A stretch of DNA of 64,000 nucleotides from an uncultured Chloroflexia bacterium (GCA_963741915.1 CAVUJW010000013.1:523791-587790), one strand, 5' to 3'. Counted from the stretch's first letter, positions 16,030 to 28,520 are shown. The notes: a model not told the origin generated them from the letters alone. Program-made: numbers and translations.

Positions 16030-17917
16030 TCGGCTGGCTGCGACGGCATCCGACCGGGGAGCCTGCACGCCCGCGCCCGCGAGCTGGCAGCGCGCGGCTC
16101 GGCGAGCCGCTGCGGGCGACGATGCCGCGTGGCTCGAGCGAGCACCTCGACACGTGTGGCGCCTGCCGCGGCGCGGCCGCGGAGTACGACGACCAGCGCA
16201 TGGCGCTGCGCCGGCTGCGGGACGATGCGCCCCAGCCGCCTCGCGACCTGTGGGCCCGGACGGCGGCCGCGATCGAGGCGGAGGGCGCCGGCGCGGGTCC
16301 GGGCCGGTCGCCGACGGCAGTCCTGCGGGCGGCCGGCGTCCGCGGTCGCGAGCTGTCCCGGTCACGCCGCTGACCGGGCTGCTCGTCGTCGCGGTCGCGG
16401 TCGCGGCCGGGCTGCTCGGACGGGACCGTGCTGCTGCCGCCGGGCGGCGCCCCCGGGCCCGCGGCCGCTCGGCGTCGGCCTGGCGACCCCGATCGCGCTC
16501 CCGCCAGGCGAGCTCGAGGTCGTGCGTCGCGGGCGGGACGGGGCCTCGAGATCTGCGCCGGCCGCTGGACCAGGTGTGTCCGATCGGGTCGGCAAGCTGC
16601 GGCGCCTCGACCAGCCTCGACGTGACCCAGACCGCGCAGCTCATCGGTGATTCGAACCGGGCGCGACTCAGTCTCGCCCCGGCACGACCGCCTCGTGGTC
16701 GTCGAGAAGGGTAACGGCGCGCAGAGCATCTACGTGTAGCTCCCGGTCAAGCCGCCGGCCGGCGCGGCCCTCGTCGCCGGCGACGGCACCATCCGCCACG
16801 CCTTCGGCCTCACCGCCGAGACGGCCGCGCCGAGCGCGACCCCGCCGCCCAGTGCCCGCCCCCGACCGGGACGCCGGAGCCCACCGCGACGGGACCCAGG
16901 TGCGTCCGCCGGCACGCCCCCGGCTCCGCCATCCGCCGTCCTCGGCCAGCGCGCGCCGTCCCCGAGCCGCGCCGCTCCGACGACGCCGGCCCCCAGCGGT
17001 GAGCCCGCCGGGTCTCCCGCGCCCGGCCGGCGCGCGTTCGCCCGGCGGATCCCGGCGTCGACCGCGTCGAGCAGACCGGATGTCGACGCCGGCGCGACCG
17101 CGAGCCCGCGGTGACCCCGGGCCCGGATGGGGCATCCGGATCGCGACAACGTGACGTGGTCGGGGCCGGCCGCCTATCGCCCGACGGCTCGGCGTTCGCG
17201 TTCACCGCCCGCCCCGCGGACGGCAGCCACGGCCCGGACGTCTACGTGTGGCGGGTGGGCGAATTCCGGCGGCCTTCGCGGTCACGACCGACCACGGCTC
17301 CGTGTTCTGCGGGCTGGCTCGGCAAGCGGCTGGTTGATCAGCCGCGCGACCGAGCCGGAGCCCGGCTCGGTCGCGAGCGGGCAGGCGACCCCGCGGTCGC
17401 TCCTCCTCGACCCGCTGACGGGGGTGGAGGAGGCGATCGCCACGCCGATGTGGCGCCCCATGGTGGACCCGCAGCGGGACGCCGGCGTGTGGTGGGACGG
17501 CACGGTCGAGCGGACGCCCGACGGGTTCGCCTGGCAGCCGCGGAGCGGCCGGCTCGTCCTGGGGACGTGGCCCGGCGGTGGAGCCACGACCGTGCCGGGT
17601 GCGGCCAGTCGCCGACCGGCGGAGATCCTCGCCACGGGGACGGTGAGCGAGTGGCAGGTCGCCTGGGACCCGTCCGGCGAGCACCTGGCGGTGTGGGTCG
17701 CGGACGCCGGGGTGACGTCGCTCGGCCACCTCAGCCTGTATGCGCTCGATGACGCCGGAGCGATCGTGGGGGCGAGGATCATCGATGCCGTCCCGGCATA
17801 CGCCGGCTTCTCGCTCGCCAGCCGGCCGCCTGGCGTGGACCGGGCCCGCCCGCCGGCGGCGCGCCGACGGTGGGCGTCGTCGCGTGGCGGGGATCCGAGA
17901 TCGGGCAGCTGAGCTGA
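16026..17917 (+). pseudogene. zinc-finger (ZAS) anti-sigma factor with TM segment and TolB/PD40-like extracytoplasmic domain; many apparent frameshifts
   Basis: GTGA overlap with the sigma stop. HLDTCGACRGAAAEY, the TM segment PLTGLLVVAVAVAAGLL, then LSPDGSAFAFTARPADGSHGPDVYVW and SEWQVAWDPSGEHLAVWVADAG...LSLYALDDAG, distributed over all three frames. Confidence 0.5.
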
Positions 17918-18045
17918 CCGGCCCAGGACCGACGAGGTCCTGGTCGTCCGCTGACCCGGGCCCGGCGGAGCCGGGAGGGATCGCCCTCGGGCGCCGGGCG
18001 CAACGGTGCTCGCGTTCTTGCCCGATCGGGTACGCTCGCATCATC

Positions 18046-18608
18046 ATGCGACGCAATCGGTCGTCGCGACCGCGGCGCTCATCGCCGCGCTCGCCCTGGC
18101 CGCGCTGCCGGTTCCCGCCGGCTCGGCGGGCACCCTCGACCGCCCGGGCGGTGGATCCGGCGGCATTCGACGGTCATGGTTCGGCGGGTCGTCCCGTGTC
18201 CATCCGACGCGGGACCGGCCGACGCCGCCCACCGTCCGGCGGGTACCTGGGCGACGGGGGCCGGTTCGTCGAGCCGGGAGGCCGCACCCGACGCCGCCGA
18301 CGCGCGCCGGCACGGGCGTGGCGACCCAGCCCGGCTCGTGCCGCCGGTCGGGATGGAAGACGCCCAGGCTAGAGCCTCAACGGCTGGGCGACGTTCTACG
18401 ACAACGGGACGACGGCGATGCGCCTGCCGCGCGGCACGGTCGTCCGCATCTGCGGCGAGGGTGGCTGCATCGCAGCGGACGGTGACCGACTACGGGCCGG
18501 CCGCGAAGCCGAAGGGGCGGATCGTCGACCTGTACCGGCCGGACTTCTTCCGCGTCTGCGGCTGCGCCCTGGTCGGGTACGGCCTGGGTCACCGTCTCGG
18601 TCTACTGA
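18046..18608 (+). pseudogene. RlpA-like (DPBB-fold) secreted protein; several apparent frameshifts
   Basis: A signal-like segment (VVATAALIAALALAALPVPAGSA) and the C-terminal block YDNGTTAMRLPRGTVVRICGEGGC...TVTDYGPAAKPKGRIVDLYRPDFFRVCGC are read from different frames. Confidence 0.5.
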
Positions 18609-18714
18609 GGCACGGCCGGCGCCGGAGCGACGACTCGGGCGCGCGGCGTCGCGGACCCGTGCCCCGGGGGCCGGCGACCCGGGGTAGACTGGCCCGATTT
18701 CCGCGCCGGTCCGG

Positions 18715-18750
18715 TGAGGCCGGGAAGGCCCAGCGAGGCCGGGAAGGAGG
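18715..18750 (+). promoter_or_regulatory. candidate PyrR-binding RNA element overlapping the pyrR ribosome-binding site
   Basis: GGCC-CAGCGA-GGCC at 18727-18740 resembles the PyrR binding-loop consensus (UCCAGAGAGGCU) with one mismatch. It is embedded in a duplicated gaggccgggaagg, immediately 5' of ggaaggagg, with the pyrR ATG at 18782. Confidence 0.35.
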
Positions 18751-18781
18751 AGCGAGCCCCGTGCGTCGCCGGAGGAGCGCG

Positions 18782-20380
<1,599 letters not shown>

Positions 20381-20384
<4 letters not shown>

Positions 20385-21811
20385 GCGGCAGCGAGGCCGC
20401 GATCCATGCCGGCACGCCGGGCGAGACCGCCGACGGCCTCAGCGTGCGCGGCTGGCTGGTCGACCCGGCGGCGGGACGGGAGGGTGCGGCCGAGATCGTG
20501 GTCGAGGACGGCCGGGTGACGCGGCTGGCCTGGTTGACCGGCGGCGAGGCCGACGGTCTCGGGCCCGACGGGATCGTCATCGCCCCGGGCCTGGTGGACC
20601 TCCACGCGCATTTTCGCGAGCCGGGCAACGAGGACGCGGAGACGGTCGCGACCGGCCAGGCGGCCGCCGCACACGGCGGGTTCACGACGGTATGCGTGAT
20701 GCCCAACACGACGCCGGCGATCGACGATCCCTCCGTGCTCACGCGCGTGGTGGCGGCGGCGTCGGCGTCCGGCTCGCCGGTCCGGGTCCTGGTCCACGGC
20801 GCCGTGACCGAGGGGCGTCGGGGAGAGACGCTCGCGGTCCTGGGCGAGCTGGCCGACGCGGGCGCTGCCGGGTTCTCCGACGATGGCTCGCCGGTCCGCT
20901 CGGCGGCGGTCCTGCGCAACGCCCTGGCCTACGCCGGCGCGCTCGGGCTGGCGATCATCGACCATCCGGAGGATCCGTCGTTGACGGAGGGCGCCGAGGC
21001 GTCGGAGGGCTACGTCGCGAGCGTGCTGGGCCTCAAGGGCTGGCCGGTGGCCGCGGAGGTCGCGTCGGTCGCCCGCTCCATCGCGATCCTCGCCGACGTG
21101 GCGCGCGACGTGCCCGCCGCGCGGCTGCACCTGACCCACGTCTCGACCGCGGCGGCGCTCGACCACGTGCGGGCCGCCAAGCGAGCGGGCCTGCCCGTGA
21201 CCTGCGACGTGACCCCGCATCACGTGGGCTTCACCGACGAATGGCTGGCCGGCGCACGACGGTGGGCATGGGAGGCCCTGGACGCCGACGGCAGGGCCCG
21301 GGATCCCTGGACCGACGGAGCGCTGCTGGCGGCGCCCTACGACCCATCGCTGCGGGTCAACCCGCCGCTGCGCTCGGCCGAGGATGCCGGCGCCTGCATG
21401 GCGGCGCTGCGCGACGGGACGGCCGATGCGATCGCGACCGACCATGCCCCGCACACCGAGGTGGACAAGCACGTCGAGTTCGGTTGGGCCGCCAACGGGA
21501 TCAGCGGGATCGAGACCGCCCTGGGGATCGTGCTGGCGGCCGTCGATGCCGGGCGGCTGCCGCTGGTGCGGGCGCTGGAGGCGCTGACCACCGGGCCGGC
21601 CCGGGTCCTCGGGGAGCGCCAGCGCATCTCGCCCGGCGTTCGCGAGGGCGGCCCGGCGGACCTCGTCGTCATCGACCGGGCGGCGACCTGGACGGTCGGC
21701 CCCGAGGCCCTGCGCTCGCGGGGAAGGAACACGCCGCTGGTCGGCCGTGAGCTGCGCGGCGTGGTTCGCCTGACGGTCGCCGGGGGGCGGGTGGCCTACA
21801 GCGTGGACTGA
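20381..21811 (+). CDS. pyrC: dihydroorotase PyrC (intact)
   Basis: The GTG at 20381 overlaps the pyrB stop (GTGA). [38 protein letters not shown] are amidohydrolase metal ligands and dihydroorotase motifs. 476 aa without interruption. Confidence 0.9.
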
Positions 21812-22902
21812 CCCCGGGCCAGGTGCCCCGGGTCCGCCTCGACGCCGGTTGCGATCAGCGCTCCCGTGACGGGCTCGATGGTGGCCCACAGGATCTGCGG
21901 TGCTCGCCGCCCGGGCGACGGGTCGAACGGCGGCTCATCGGCCGGGCCGAGCCCGCGGACGTACCACACGGGGTAGGCGCGACCGCCGCTGACGGTCGCG
22001 GCCGCCTGGGCGTTGACGGCCGCGAGGGTCGCCGGGCGCAGCAGCATGACCTGGAGCAGGAGCGTGGTTGGTCCCAGGGCAACGCTCGCGGTCATCCGCG
22101 TCCGGACGACCATCGGATCGTTGGGGCCCGCGGCCAGGCCCGGCTCGACGAAGCGGTCGAACGCGAGGGATCGGCCGTCCGCCCATGCCACCCGATCGAT
22201 CGTGAACGGGTCGAGGCACCCCTCGAGATCCTCGCGACAGCCGGCGCTGCTGGCGCCGAACCTGGCGATCACGACCACCGGCCGGGGGAAGACGTCGCCG
22301 GTGGGCACCTGGAGGTCGGTCAGGTCGCCCGCCGGCAGCAGGACGCCGGGCGGCAGCGGGACCCCGGCGGGGACCAGCGCGTGGAGGTGCGGGGGGAGCC
22401 CGCTGAAGCCGCCGCCACCGGTGGTCGCCCACGACTGCTCGGACAGGATGGCGGACCGGTCGCAGCCGGCGCTACCGAGGGATGCGGTCGGCCTGCTGCA
22501 GCTCGCCCCGTCCGGCCACGCGAGCAGGTAGCCGGACACGGCGACGATCTCGGGTCCGCCGACCGCGGGGTGGGCCGCCAGGATGGCGGTCACGGACCGG
22601 ACCTCGAGGCTCGCGATCGAGCCGGGGAACGCGTCCGGTGCCCTGATCTCGACGATCGCGGGACCGACCGCGGGGCCGGTCGTCGCTGCTGGGCTGGGCG
22701 AAGACGGCCGAAGTTGCGTGGCGGGTGCGGCACCGGCCGGTGACCCGGCCGGCACCCGGGGCCGGGCCTCGCCGGGGTGCGGGCCCAGCAGGCCGGCCCC
22801 CACGATCGCCGCGAGCAGCACGGCCGGCAGGAACACGGCACCCGTGCCCAGCCGACGCCGCGCGGGCGAGGGGGGAGCCGTCGGGGTCGGCGCGACGATC
22901 AT
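21796..22902 (-). CDS. membrane-anchored hypothetical protein carrying one copy of the GYL/GWL...C-x11-C module also found in the 29072..31561 protein
   Basis: 368-aa intact ORF. N-terminal TM segment [18 protein letters not shown], motif [32 protein letters not shown]. It lies downstream of the decarboxylase on the same strand. Confidence 0.5.
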   Translation of the reverse strand: MIVAPTPTAPPSPARRRLGTGAVFLPAVLLAAIVGAGLLGPHPGEARPRVPAGSPAGAAPATQLRPSSPSPAATTGPAVGPAIVEIRAPDAFPGSIASLEVRSVTAILAAHPAVGGPEIVAVSGYLLAWPDGASCSRPTASLGSAGCDRSAILSEQSWATTGGGGFSGLPPHLHALVPAGVPLPPGVLLPAGDLTDLQVPTGDVFPRPVVVIARFGASSAGCREDLEGCLDPFTIDRVAWADGRSLAFDRFVEPGLAAGPNDPMVVRTRMTASVALGPTTLLLQVMLLRPATLAAVNAQAAATVSGGRAYPVWYVRGLGPADEPPFDPSPGRRAPQILWATIEPVTGALIATGVEADPGHLARGQSTL

Positions 22903-22960
22903 CGGTCGTCACAGCGTACGACCAGGCTGTATGCGTGGATGCGGGGGCGCGCCTGCCGCC

Positions 22961-24559
22961 TCAGCTCGCGGGCACCTCGGGATCCGCCGCGAGCCGGCGC
23001 AGGGTCGCCAGCAACCGGTCGATGTCGGCCTCGGTGGTGAGGTGGTTCACGATCCCCGCACGCAGCCAGGTCGCGCCATTGAGCGCGGTCGTCGACAGCC
23101 AGCCGTCGCCCGAGGTTTCGAGCGCGGCCGCCAACCGGTCCTGGTGGTCGTCGAGGGCGGCGGCCGTGAGGCGCGCCGCGGCTGCGGAGCCCCCCGGGAG
23201 GTGGCGGAAGCACACGACCGACAGCTCCGGTCGGGCGGGCAGGGCCTCGAGGTCGTCCGCCTCGGCGCACCTGGCGGCCAGGTACGCAGCGAGATCGTCG
23301 TTGTGCTCGATGAGGCGACCCAGCCCGCTCGTCCCGAGGTGCTTCCAGGTCGCCCACAGCTTGAGCGCCCGGAAGCGGCGGGTGCCCTCGAACCCGAGCT
23401 TGTAGAAGTTGAGCTGGCCGGCGTGGGCGTCCTGATGTCCCGCATCGCCCTCGCCGGCGGGATCGCCGCCCGGGGTCTCGCCGCCCCGGTAGTACTCGGG
23501 GGACCGGTCGAAGGTCTCGCGCAGGTCGCGGCCGTCGCGGACGACGAGGGCGCCGATGTCGTAGGCCTGGAAGAACCACTTGTGGGGATCGACCGTGATC
23601 GAGTCCGCGAGCTCGAGGCCGGGCACGCGGCCGGCATCGCGGGCCGACAGGCGGGCGGCGCCGCCGTAGGCCGCGTCCACGTGGAGCCACAGCCCCTCGG
23701 CGCGCGCCAGCGCGGCGAGCTCCGGCACGAGATCCACGGACCCGGTGTTGGTCGAGCCGGCGACCGCGGCGATGGCGACAGGCAGCAGGCCGCGTTCCCG
23801 GTCGGCGGCGATCGCCTGGCGCGCGGGGTCGGCGTGCAACCGGAACCGGTCGTCGGCGGGCAGCACGACCAGCGTCTCGGGAGGGAACCCCAGCTCGTCG
23901 AGCGCCCGGGCGATCGAGAAGTGGGTCTGGTCGCTGGTGTAGACCCGGGCCCCGTCGAGCGCACCGCCCCGGGGTGGTCGCTCCAGCCCGGCCAGCCGGC
24001 GCAGATGGACGTCGCGGACGAGCGCCATCGCGATGAAGTTGGCCATCACGCCGCCCGAGGTCAGCAGCCCGAAGCTCGCCTCGCCCAGGCCGGCGAGATC
24101 GCACAGCCAGCGCACGACCTCCTCTTCGACGAACGCCCCCACCGGCCCCGCATGCCACACGTCGATGCCCTGGTTGATCCACTGGGCGAGGACCTCGCCC
24201 ACGATCGAGGCCACCAGGGGCGGCGGCGTGAAGTAGCTGAGCGCCCGAGGGTGGTAGCTGTTGAGGGTGTGGGGCGCGATCCGGGCCGAGAACTCGTCGA
24301 GCACGGCCTGGAGTGGCGCCGGGCGGGCGGGCGCCGGGCCGGGACGCTCGGAGGGGCCGAAGTACGCGCGCCGCAGCTCCGCGTAGCCCGTCGGGCCACC
24401 CAGCGCGTGGGTCATCGCCTCGTCGTACAGCCAGTCCAGCGATGCACGCCAGGCCGCCGCTCCGGCCCGCTCCAGGGCGGCGCGCGAGCGGACCGGATCG
24501 CGGATGCCGATGAGCTCCGGCTCGGGATGCCAGCCGAACGGGTCGAGGGGATCGTCCAC
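22961..24559 (-). CDS. PLP-dependent group II decarboxylase (aromatic-L-amino-acid / diaminobutyrate decarboxylase-like)
   Basis: 532 aa. LTSGGVMANFIAMA, HVDAAYGG and the Lys motif SITVDPHKWFFQ. Confidence 0.8.
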   Translation of the reverse strand: MDDPLDPFGWHPEPELIGIRDPVRSRAALERAGAAAWRASLDWLYDEAMTHALGGPTGYAELRRAYFGPSERPGPAPARPAPLQAVLDEFSARIAPHTLNSYHPRALSYFTPPPLVASIVGEVLAQWINQGIDVWHAGPVGAFVEEEVVRWLCDLAGLGEASFGLLTSGGVMANFIAMALVRDVHLRRLAGLERPPRGGALDGARVYTSDQTHFSIARALDELGFPPETLVVLPADDRFRLHADPARQAIAADRERGLLPVAIAAVAGSTNTGSVDLVPELAALARAEGLWLHVDAAYGGAARLSARDAGRVPGLELADSITVDPHKWFFQAYDIGALVVRDGRDLRETFDRSPEYYRGGETPGGDPAGEGDAGHQDAHAGQLNFYKLGFEGTRRFRALKLWATWKHLGTSGLGRLIEHNDDLAAYLAARCAEADDLEALPARPELSVVCFRHLPGGSAAAARLTAAALDDHQDRLAAALETSGDGWLSTTALNGATWLRAGIVNHLTTEADIDRLLATLRRLAADPEVPAS

Positions 24560-24621
24560 TCGGGAGATGGTAGGGCGTGCGAACGGCAGGGCGCGGCTCC
24601 CGGGCCGCGACCGGAGGTACA

Positions 24622-25032
24622 GTGGGTGCCGTGACCTCCCCCCAACGACCGACCCCGGTTCGGCCTGTCGAGTACAAGGGCGAGCCGCTGGACGCGGCGC
24701 GCGGTCCCGGGCTGGGATGCTTCCGGTTCCAGCTCGCGCTGCTCACGGTGCTGGTGGTGCTGACGCCGCTGTCGGTCTCCTGGAGCTGGCCGATCGCCGT
24801 GAGCGCCGGGCTGCTGTTCGCCACGCTCATCCTGCTGCTGTTCGCGGGCCAGACCATCATCTTCCTGCTGCGCCTGGTCGCCGCCGATCGCCGGGAGGGC
24901 CGCCGCCGCCCGCTGGACAGCGCCACGCGGACCGTCGGCGAGCTGGAGGACGACGCGCCGCCCGGCAGCACGGTGGCGCCCGACGCCTCGCCCGGCGACG
25001 GCCGGCCGGCCGGACCGGGCATGCGAGAATAG
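24622..25032 (+). CDS. small membrane protein (2-3 TM), hypothetical
   Basis: In-frame GTGs at 24622 and 24631 follow GGAGGT. Hydrophobic spans are FRFQLALLTVLVVLTPLSV and IAVSAGLLFATLILLLFAGQTIIFLL. Confidence 0.4.
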   Translation: MGAVTSPQRPTPVRPVEYKGEPLDAARGPGLGCFRFQLALLTVLVVLTPLSVSWSWPIAVSAGLLFATLILLLFAGQTIIFLLRLVAADRREGRRRPLDSATRTVGELEDDAPPGSTVAPDASPGDGRPAGPGMRE

Positions 25033-25073
25033 GCGCGCCCTCGGTCACGTTTCACAGGGAGGCTGACTGCTCC

Positions 25074-25400
25074 GTGCCCGTCCTCGCGACCTTCTTCTCC
25101 GTCCGACGCGGCCGCGATCCGTTCTTCAAGTTCTTCATGAAGACGATCTTCCCGCGCCAGGTGAAGGAGTACGAGGACAAGTTCGGGATCCGGTTCGTGG
25201 GCTGGTACAACGTGGCCCACGGCTGGGACTTCGACAACGTCATCCTGCTCGACCTGCCGGACTACGCCACCCTCGACCGCCTCGAGGCGGACGAGGCGAC
25301 GCGGGCGCTGGGCCACCGGGCCGGCGAATGGATCTTCGAACGACATCACTCGATGTTCCTCCGGGAGCGCCTCGGACCGGACCTCGAGTACCACGGCTGA
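25074..25400 (+). CDS. hypothetical 108-aa protein (possible alpha/beta-barrel fold), family not recognised
   Basis: GTG at 25074 follows the RBS gggagg. The composition is well balanced (FFKFFMKTIFPRQVKEYEDKFGIRFVGWYNVAHGWDFDNVILLDLPDYATLDRLE). The stop lies 14 nt before the next gene. Confidence 0.5.
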   Translation: MPVLATFFSVRRGRDPFFKFFMKTIFPRQVKEYEDKFGIRFVGWYNVAHGWDFDNVILLDLPDYATLDRLEADEATRALGHRAGEWIFERHHSMFLRERLGPDLEYHG

Positions 25401-25414
25401 AGGAGGCGCTCGGA

Positions 25415-26383
25415 ATGGACGTCGGCCGCAACGACATGCTCAGCGAGCTCGCCAACGACGCCGCCCTCGAGCGGGGAGACTTCGTCGTCCAGTCGACGGA
25501 GCAGCTGCGCAAGTTCCTCGACCGGAACCGGGATCGCATCTCCCAGCTCGGTGGCCTCACGCTCATCGACGAGGATCCCGACTACCTCTCGATCGCCCCC
25601 GACTGCACGTTCCGCGTCCGTAGCCGCTATGAGGACCCGGACACGGGCGAGTGGGTCTCGGACACGGAGATCGTCGACACCCCCTCCGAGCTGATCGAGC
25701 TGTACAACCCGGCCGAGGTCTACCAGGCGTTCGCCGAGGCGGCCCGCGAGGCCGCCGGGTTCGCGTCCGAGCCGACCGCCACAGACGACCTGATGGGCAC
25801 GGCGGGGATCGCCCCCGACGAGACGTTCGGGCTGGCGGACGACGAAGCCGCCTATGCCGGCGCGGCCAATTCCTGGGCGGCCGGCCAGCCGCCCGTGCTG
25901 GAGGCGGACGACGAGGAGGGTGCGGCCCTGGCGCTGTACAACCTCGCCCTCGACTTCCAGGAGCGCAGCCAGCACAACGAGGCGCGCCTGCTCGACCAGT
26001 TCGAGGAAGCGGCCGGGCGGGTGACCGAGCGGCTGGGCGACCTGATCATCGTGGACGACGACGACGAGCGGCTCATCCTGGGCGCCGGCGGCCGCTTCCG
26101 GGCCGAGGTCCTGCCCGAGGACGCGGGCGGCGAGTGGCGCGAGCTGACCGCCACCGACGACCTGGTCGAGTTCTACGACCCGACCGACATCTTCGGCGAC
26201 CTGGCCGACGCGCTGGCCGAGTCGTTCCCGTCGATCGCCCCGGACAGCGAGGAGGGCGGGGCCGGCGAGGGCGAGCCCGGCGAGGGCGACGAAGCCGACG
26301 ACGCCGACGATGACGAGCCCGACGATGGCGACGCCGACGCCGCTGCCGACGCCGGTGCCACGGACGGCAACGGCCGGGCCTAG
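25415..26383 (+). CDS. hyper-acidic 322-aa hypothetical protein with an internal duplication
   Basis: ATG at 25415 follows the RBS gaaggagg. Two homologous halves: LTLIDEDPDYLSIAP..FRVRSRYEDPDTGEWVSDTEIVDTPSELIELYNPAEVYQAFAEAA versus LIIVDDDDERLILGAGGRFRAEVLPEDAGGEWRELTATDDLVEFYDPTDIFGDLADAL. The tail is D/E-rich. Confidence 0.55.
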   Translation: MDVGRNDMLSELANDAALERGDFVVQSTEQLRKFLDRNRDRISQLGGLTLIDEDPDYLSIAPDCTFRVRSRYEDPDTGEWVSDTEIVDTPSELIELYNPAEVYQAFAEAAREAAGFASEPTATDDLMGTAGIAPDETFGLADDEAAYAGAANSWAAGQPPVLEADDEEGAALALYNLALDFQERSQHNEARLLDQFEEAAGRVTERLGDLIIVDDDDERLILGAGGRFRAEVLPEDAGGEWRELTATDDLVEFYDPTDIFGDLADALAESFPSIAPDSEEGGAGEGEPGEGDEADDADDDEPDDGDADAAADAGATDGNGRA

Positions 26384-26434
26384 TCGCGCGGACGGCTCCC
26401 CGCGAATCGTCCCGACGCGACCTGCACGCCGCCG

Positions 26435-27298
26435 ATGCGCCCCGCCCGCGCGGAGCTGACCGAGCTCCGGGAGATCGTGCCCGGACGGTGGCTCCTGGCC
26501 TGGCATGCTCCGGCGGTGGTGGCCGGTGCGCGCGCCGGGCAGTACGTGCACGTGCGCCTGACCGGGCCCGGGTGCCTGCCCGTGCGCCGGCCGTTTCCGA
26601 TCGCCACCGCGGACGCCGCCAGCGGGACGCTCACGCTCCATGCCCCGGGCGCGCCGCCATCGGGTCGCTGGCTGCCCCAGCTGCGGACGGGTGACACGGT
26701 CGACATCCTTGGCCCGCTGGGCCGTCCGATCGAGGTGAACCCGCGCTCGCGGCACCTGCTCCTGGTCGCCGAGGCGGCGTCCATCTCGGAGGTCCGGTTC
26801 CTGGCCGGCCAGGCCGTCGCCGATGGGCGCTCGGTCGTGCTGCTCGCGGGCGCGCCGTCCTCGGCGAGCGTGTACCCGTCGAGCCTCCTGCCCGACGAGG
26901 TCGAGTACCTGGTCGCGACCGGCGACGGCAGCCTCGGACATCGGGGATCGGTGCTCGACCTGGTGCCCGACTACGAGGCCTGGGCGGACCAGGCGTTCGC
27001 CGCGGGGTCGCCGGCCTTCCTCGCGCAGCTCGCCGGGCTCGCCGCCGGTCGCCGTGCCCGGCTGGGAGTCGCCACCCTGGGACGCAAGCGGGGCGGCGGC
27101 AGGCCCGTACCGCCGGGCTCGCCGGCGGCCCGCCGCAAGGCGTGGCTGCAGGTGATCATCGGCCAGTCGATCGGGTGCGCCGCCGGGACCTGCCTGGGCT
27201 GCGTGGTGCAGGGTGCCGGCGGCATTTCCCAGCGGGTCTGCCGCGAAGGCCCCTCGTTCGCGGCCGACGAGCTCGATTGGGAGGCCGGGGTCGCATGA
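26435..27298 (+). CDS. pyrK: dihydroorotate dehydrogenase electron-transfer subunit PyrK (FAD/[2Fe-2S])
   Basis: FNR-like N-terminal part (RRPFPIA), then the C-terminal cluster CAAGTCLGCVV...RVCREGP. The stop overlaps the pyrD ATG (ATGA). Confidence 0.8.
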   Translation: MRPARAELTELREIVPGRWLLAWHAPAVVAGARAGQYVHVRLTGPGCLPVRRPFPIATADAASGTLTLHAPGAPPSGRWLPQLRTGDTVDILGPLGRPIEVNPRSRHLLLVAEAASISEVRFLAGQAVADGRSVVLLAGAPSSASVYPSSLLPDEVEYLVATGDGSLGHRGSVLDLVPDYEAWADQAFAAGSPAFLAQLAGLAAGRRARLGVATLGRKRGGGRPVPPGSPAARRKAWLQVIIGQSIGCAAGTCLGCVVQGAGGISQRVCREGPSFAADELDWEAGVA

Positions 27299-28425
27299 AG
27301 CCGAAGCGCCGGGTGGTGCCCGGGGGTCGCGTGCACCGGACGCCCACCGTGCGTCGGGTCAGGCCGGCGATCACGCCCGTTCCCCGCCCGCCGGTCGCCC
27401 GCTCGATCGTCGCCGTCGAGGCCCGGGAGCCGGGCGCGCCGGCCCTCGACGCCCTGGGCGGCCGTCCCGTGGATCTCGGCGTGGACCTCGGGCGCGGCCT
27501 GGTGCTGGCGAACCCCCTGGTCGCCGCGTCCGGCCCCTACGGGTATGGCGTGGAGATCGCCGATCTCGTGGACCTGGCCCGGCTGGGGGCGATGGTGACG
27601 CGCGGCACGACCCTCAGGCCGAGATCGAGCCGCGGCGCGCCGCGGATCGTCGAGGTGGCGGCGGGCCTGCTGATCGGGACCGGGCTGCCGAACCCGGGCA
27701 TCGACGCGGTCATCGAGCGCTACGCGCCCACCTGGGCGCGCTGGCCGCTACCGGTGATCGTGAACCTGGGCGGGGAGTCGAGCGGCGACCTGGCCGAGGC
27801 CGTGCGCCGGCTCGAGGGCGTCCCGGGGGTGGCCGGGATCGAGCTCAACCTCTCGTGCGGCAGCACCGCTCGCGCGGGCACCGCGTTCGGGCTCGAGCCC
27901 GATGCCGCAGCCTCGCTGGTCGGGGCCGTCCGGCGCGTGACCGAGCTGCCCCTGATCGCCAAGCTGACGGCGGCCGCCCCCGACGTGCGCACGGTGGCCC
28001 GGGCCGTCGAGCAGGCGGGCGCCGACGCCATCAGCGCGATCAACACCCTGCCCGGGCTCGCGCTCGCGCCGGATCGCGACGGGCCCGCGCTCGGCAGTGG
28101 CTACGGCGGGCTGTGCGGACCCGTGATCCGGGCCGTCGCGCTGCGGGTCGTGTGGGAGGTCGCCCAGGCGGTCAAGGTGCCGGTCATCGGGATCGGCGGC
28201 GTGACTGACCCCGACGACGTGCTCGACATGCTGGCCGCCGGCGCCGCTGCCGTCGGCGTGGGCGCGGCGGCGCTGGCCGACCCGATGCTGCCGGTGCGCC
28301 TCGCCGACGCGCTCGCCGACGCGTGCCGAGAGCGCGGCGTCACCTCGGTCGAGCAGCTCGTGGGGACGGCCGTGCCAACCCGCGCCTGGCCGCCGTCGAC
28401 GCGCGGGGCCGAGTACGCGCACTGA
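27295..28425 (+). CDS. pyrD: dihydroorotate dehydrogenase, class 1B catalytic subunit PyrD
   Basis: LANPLVAASGPYGYG, GLPNPG, IELNLSCGS (active-site Cys), SAINTLPG, GGLCGP, IGIGGV. Confidence 0.9.
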   Translation: MKPKRRVVPGGRVHRTPTVRRVRPAITPVPRPPVARSIVAVEAREPGAPALDALGGRPVDLGVDLGRGLVLANPLVAASGPYGYGVEIADLVDLARLGAMVTRGTTLRPRSSRGAPRIVEVAAGLLIGTGLPNPGIDAVIERYAPTWARWPLPVIVNLGGESSGDLAEAVRRLEGVPGVAGIELNLSCGSTARAGTAFGLEPDAAASLVGAVRRVTELPLIAKLTAAAPDVRTVARAVEQAGADAISAINTLPGLALAPDRDGPALGSGYGGLCGPVIRAVALRVVWEVAQAVKVPVIGIGGVTDPDDVLDMLAAGAAAVGVGAAALADPMLPVRLADALADACRERGVTSVEQLVGTAVPTRAWPPSTRGAEYAH

Positions 28426-28520
28426 CCGCGGCGATGCCGGCCGTTCCGAAGATCGCGCATCTGGCGGGGAAACATCGCATGAACGCCGGGCACGTCCGGT
28501 GACTCCTGTCACGTAGGAGG

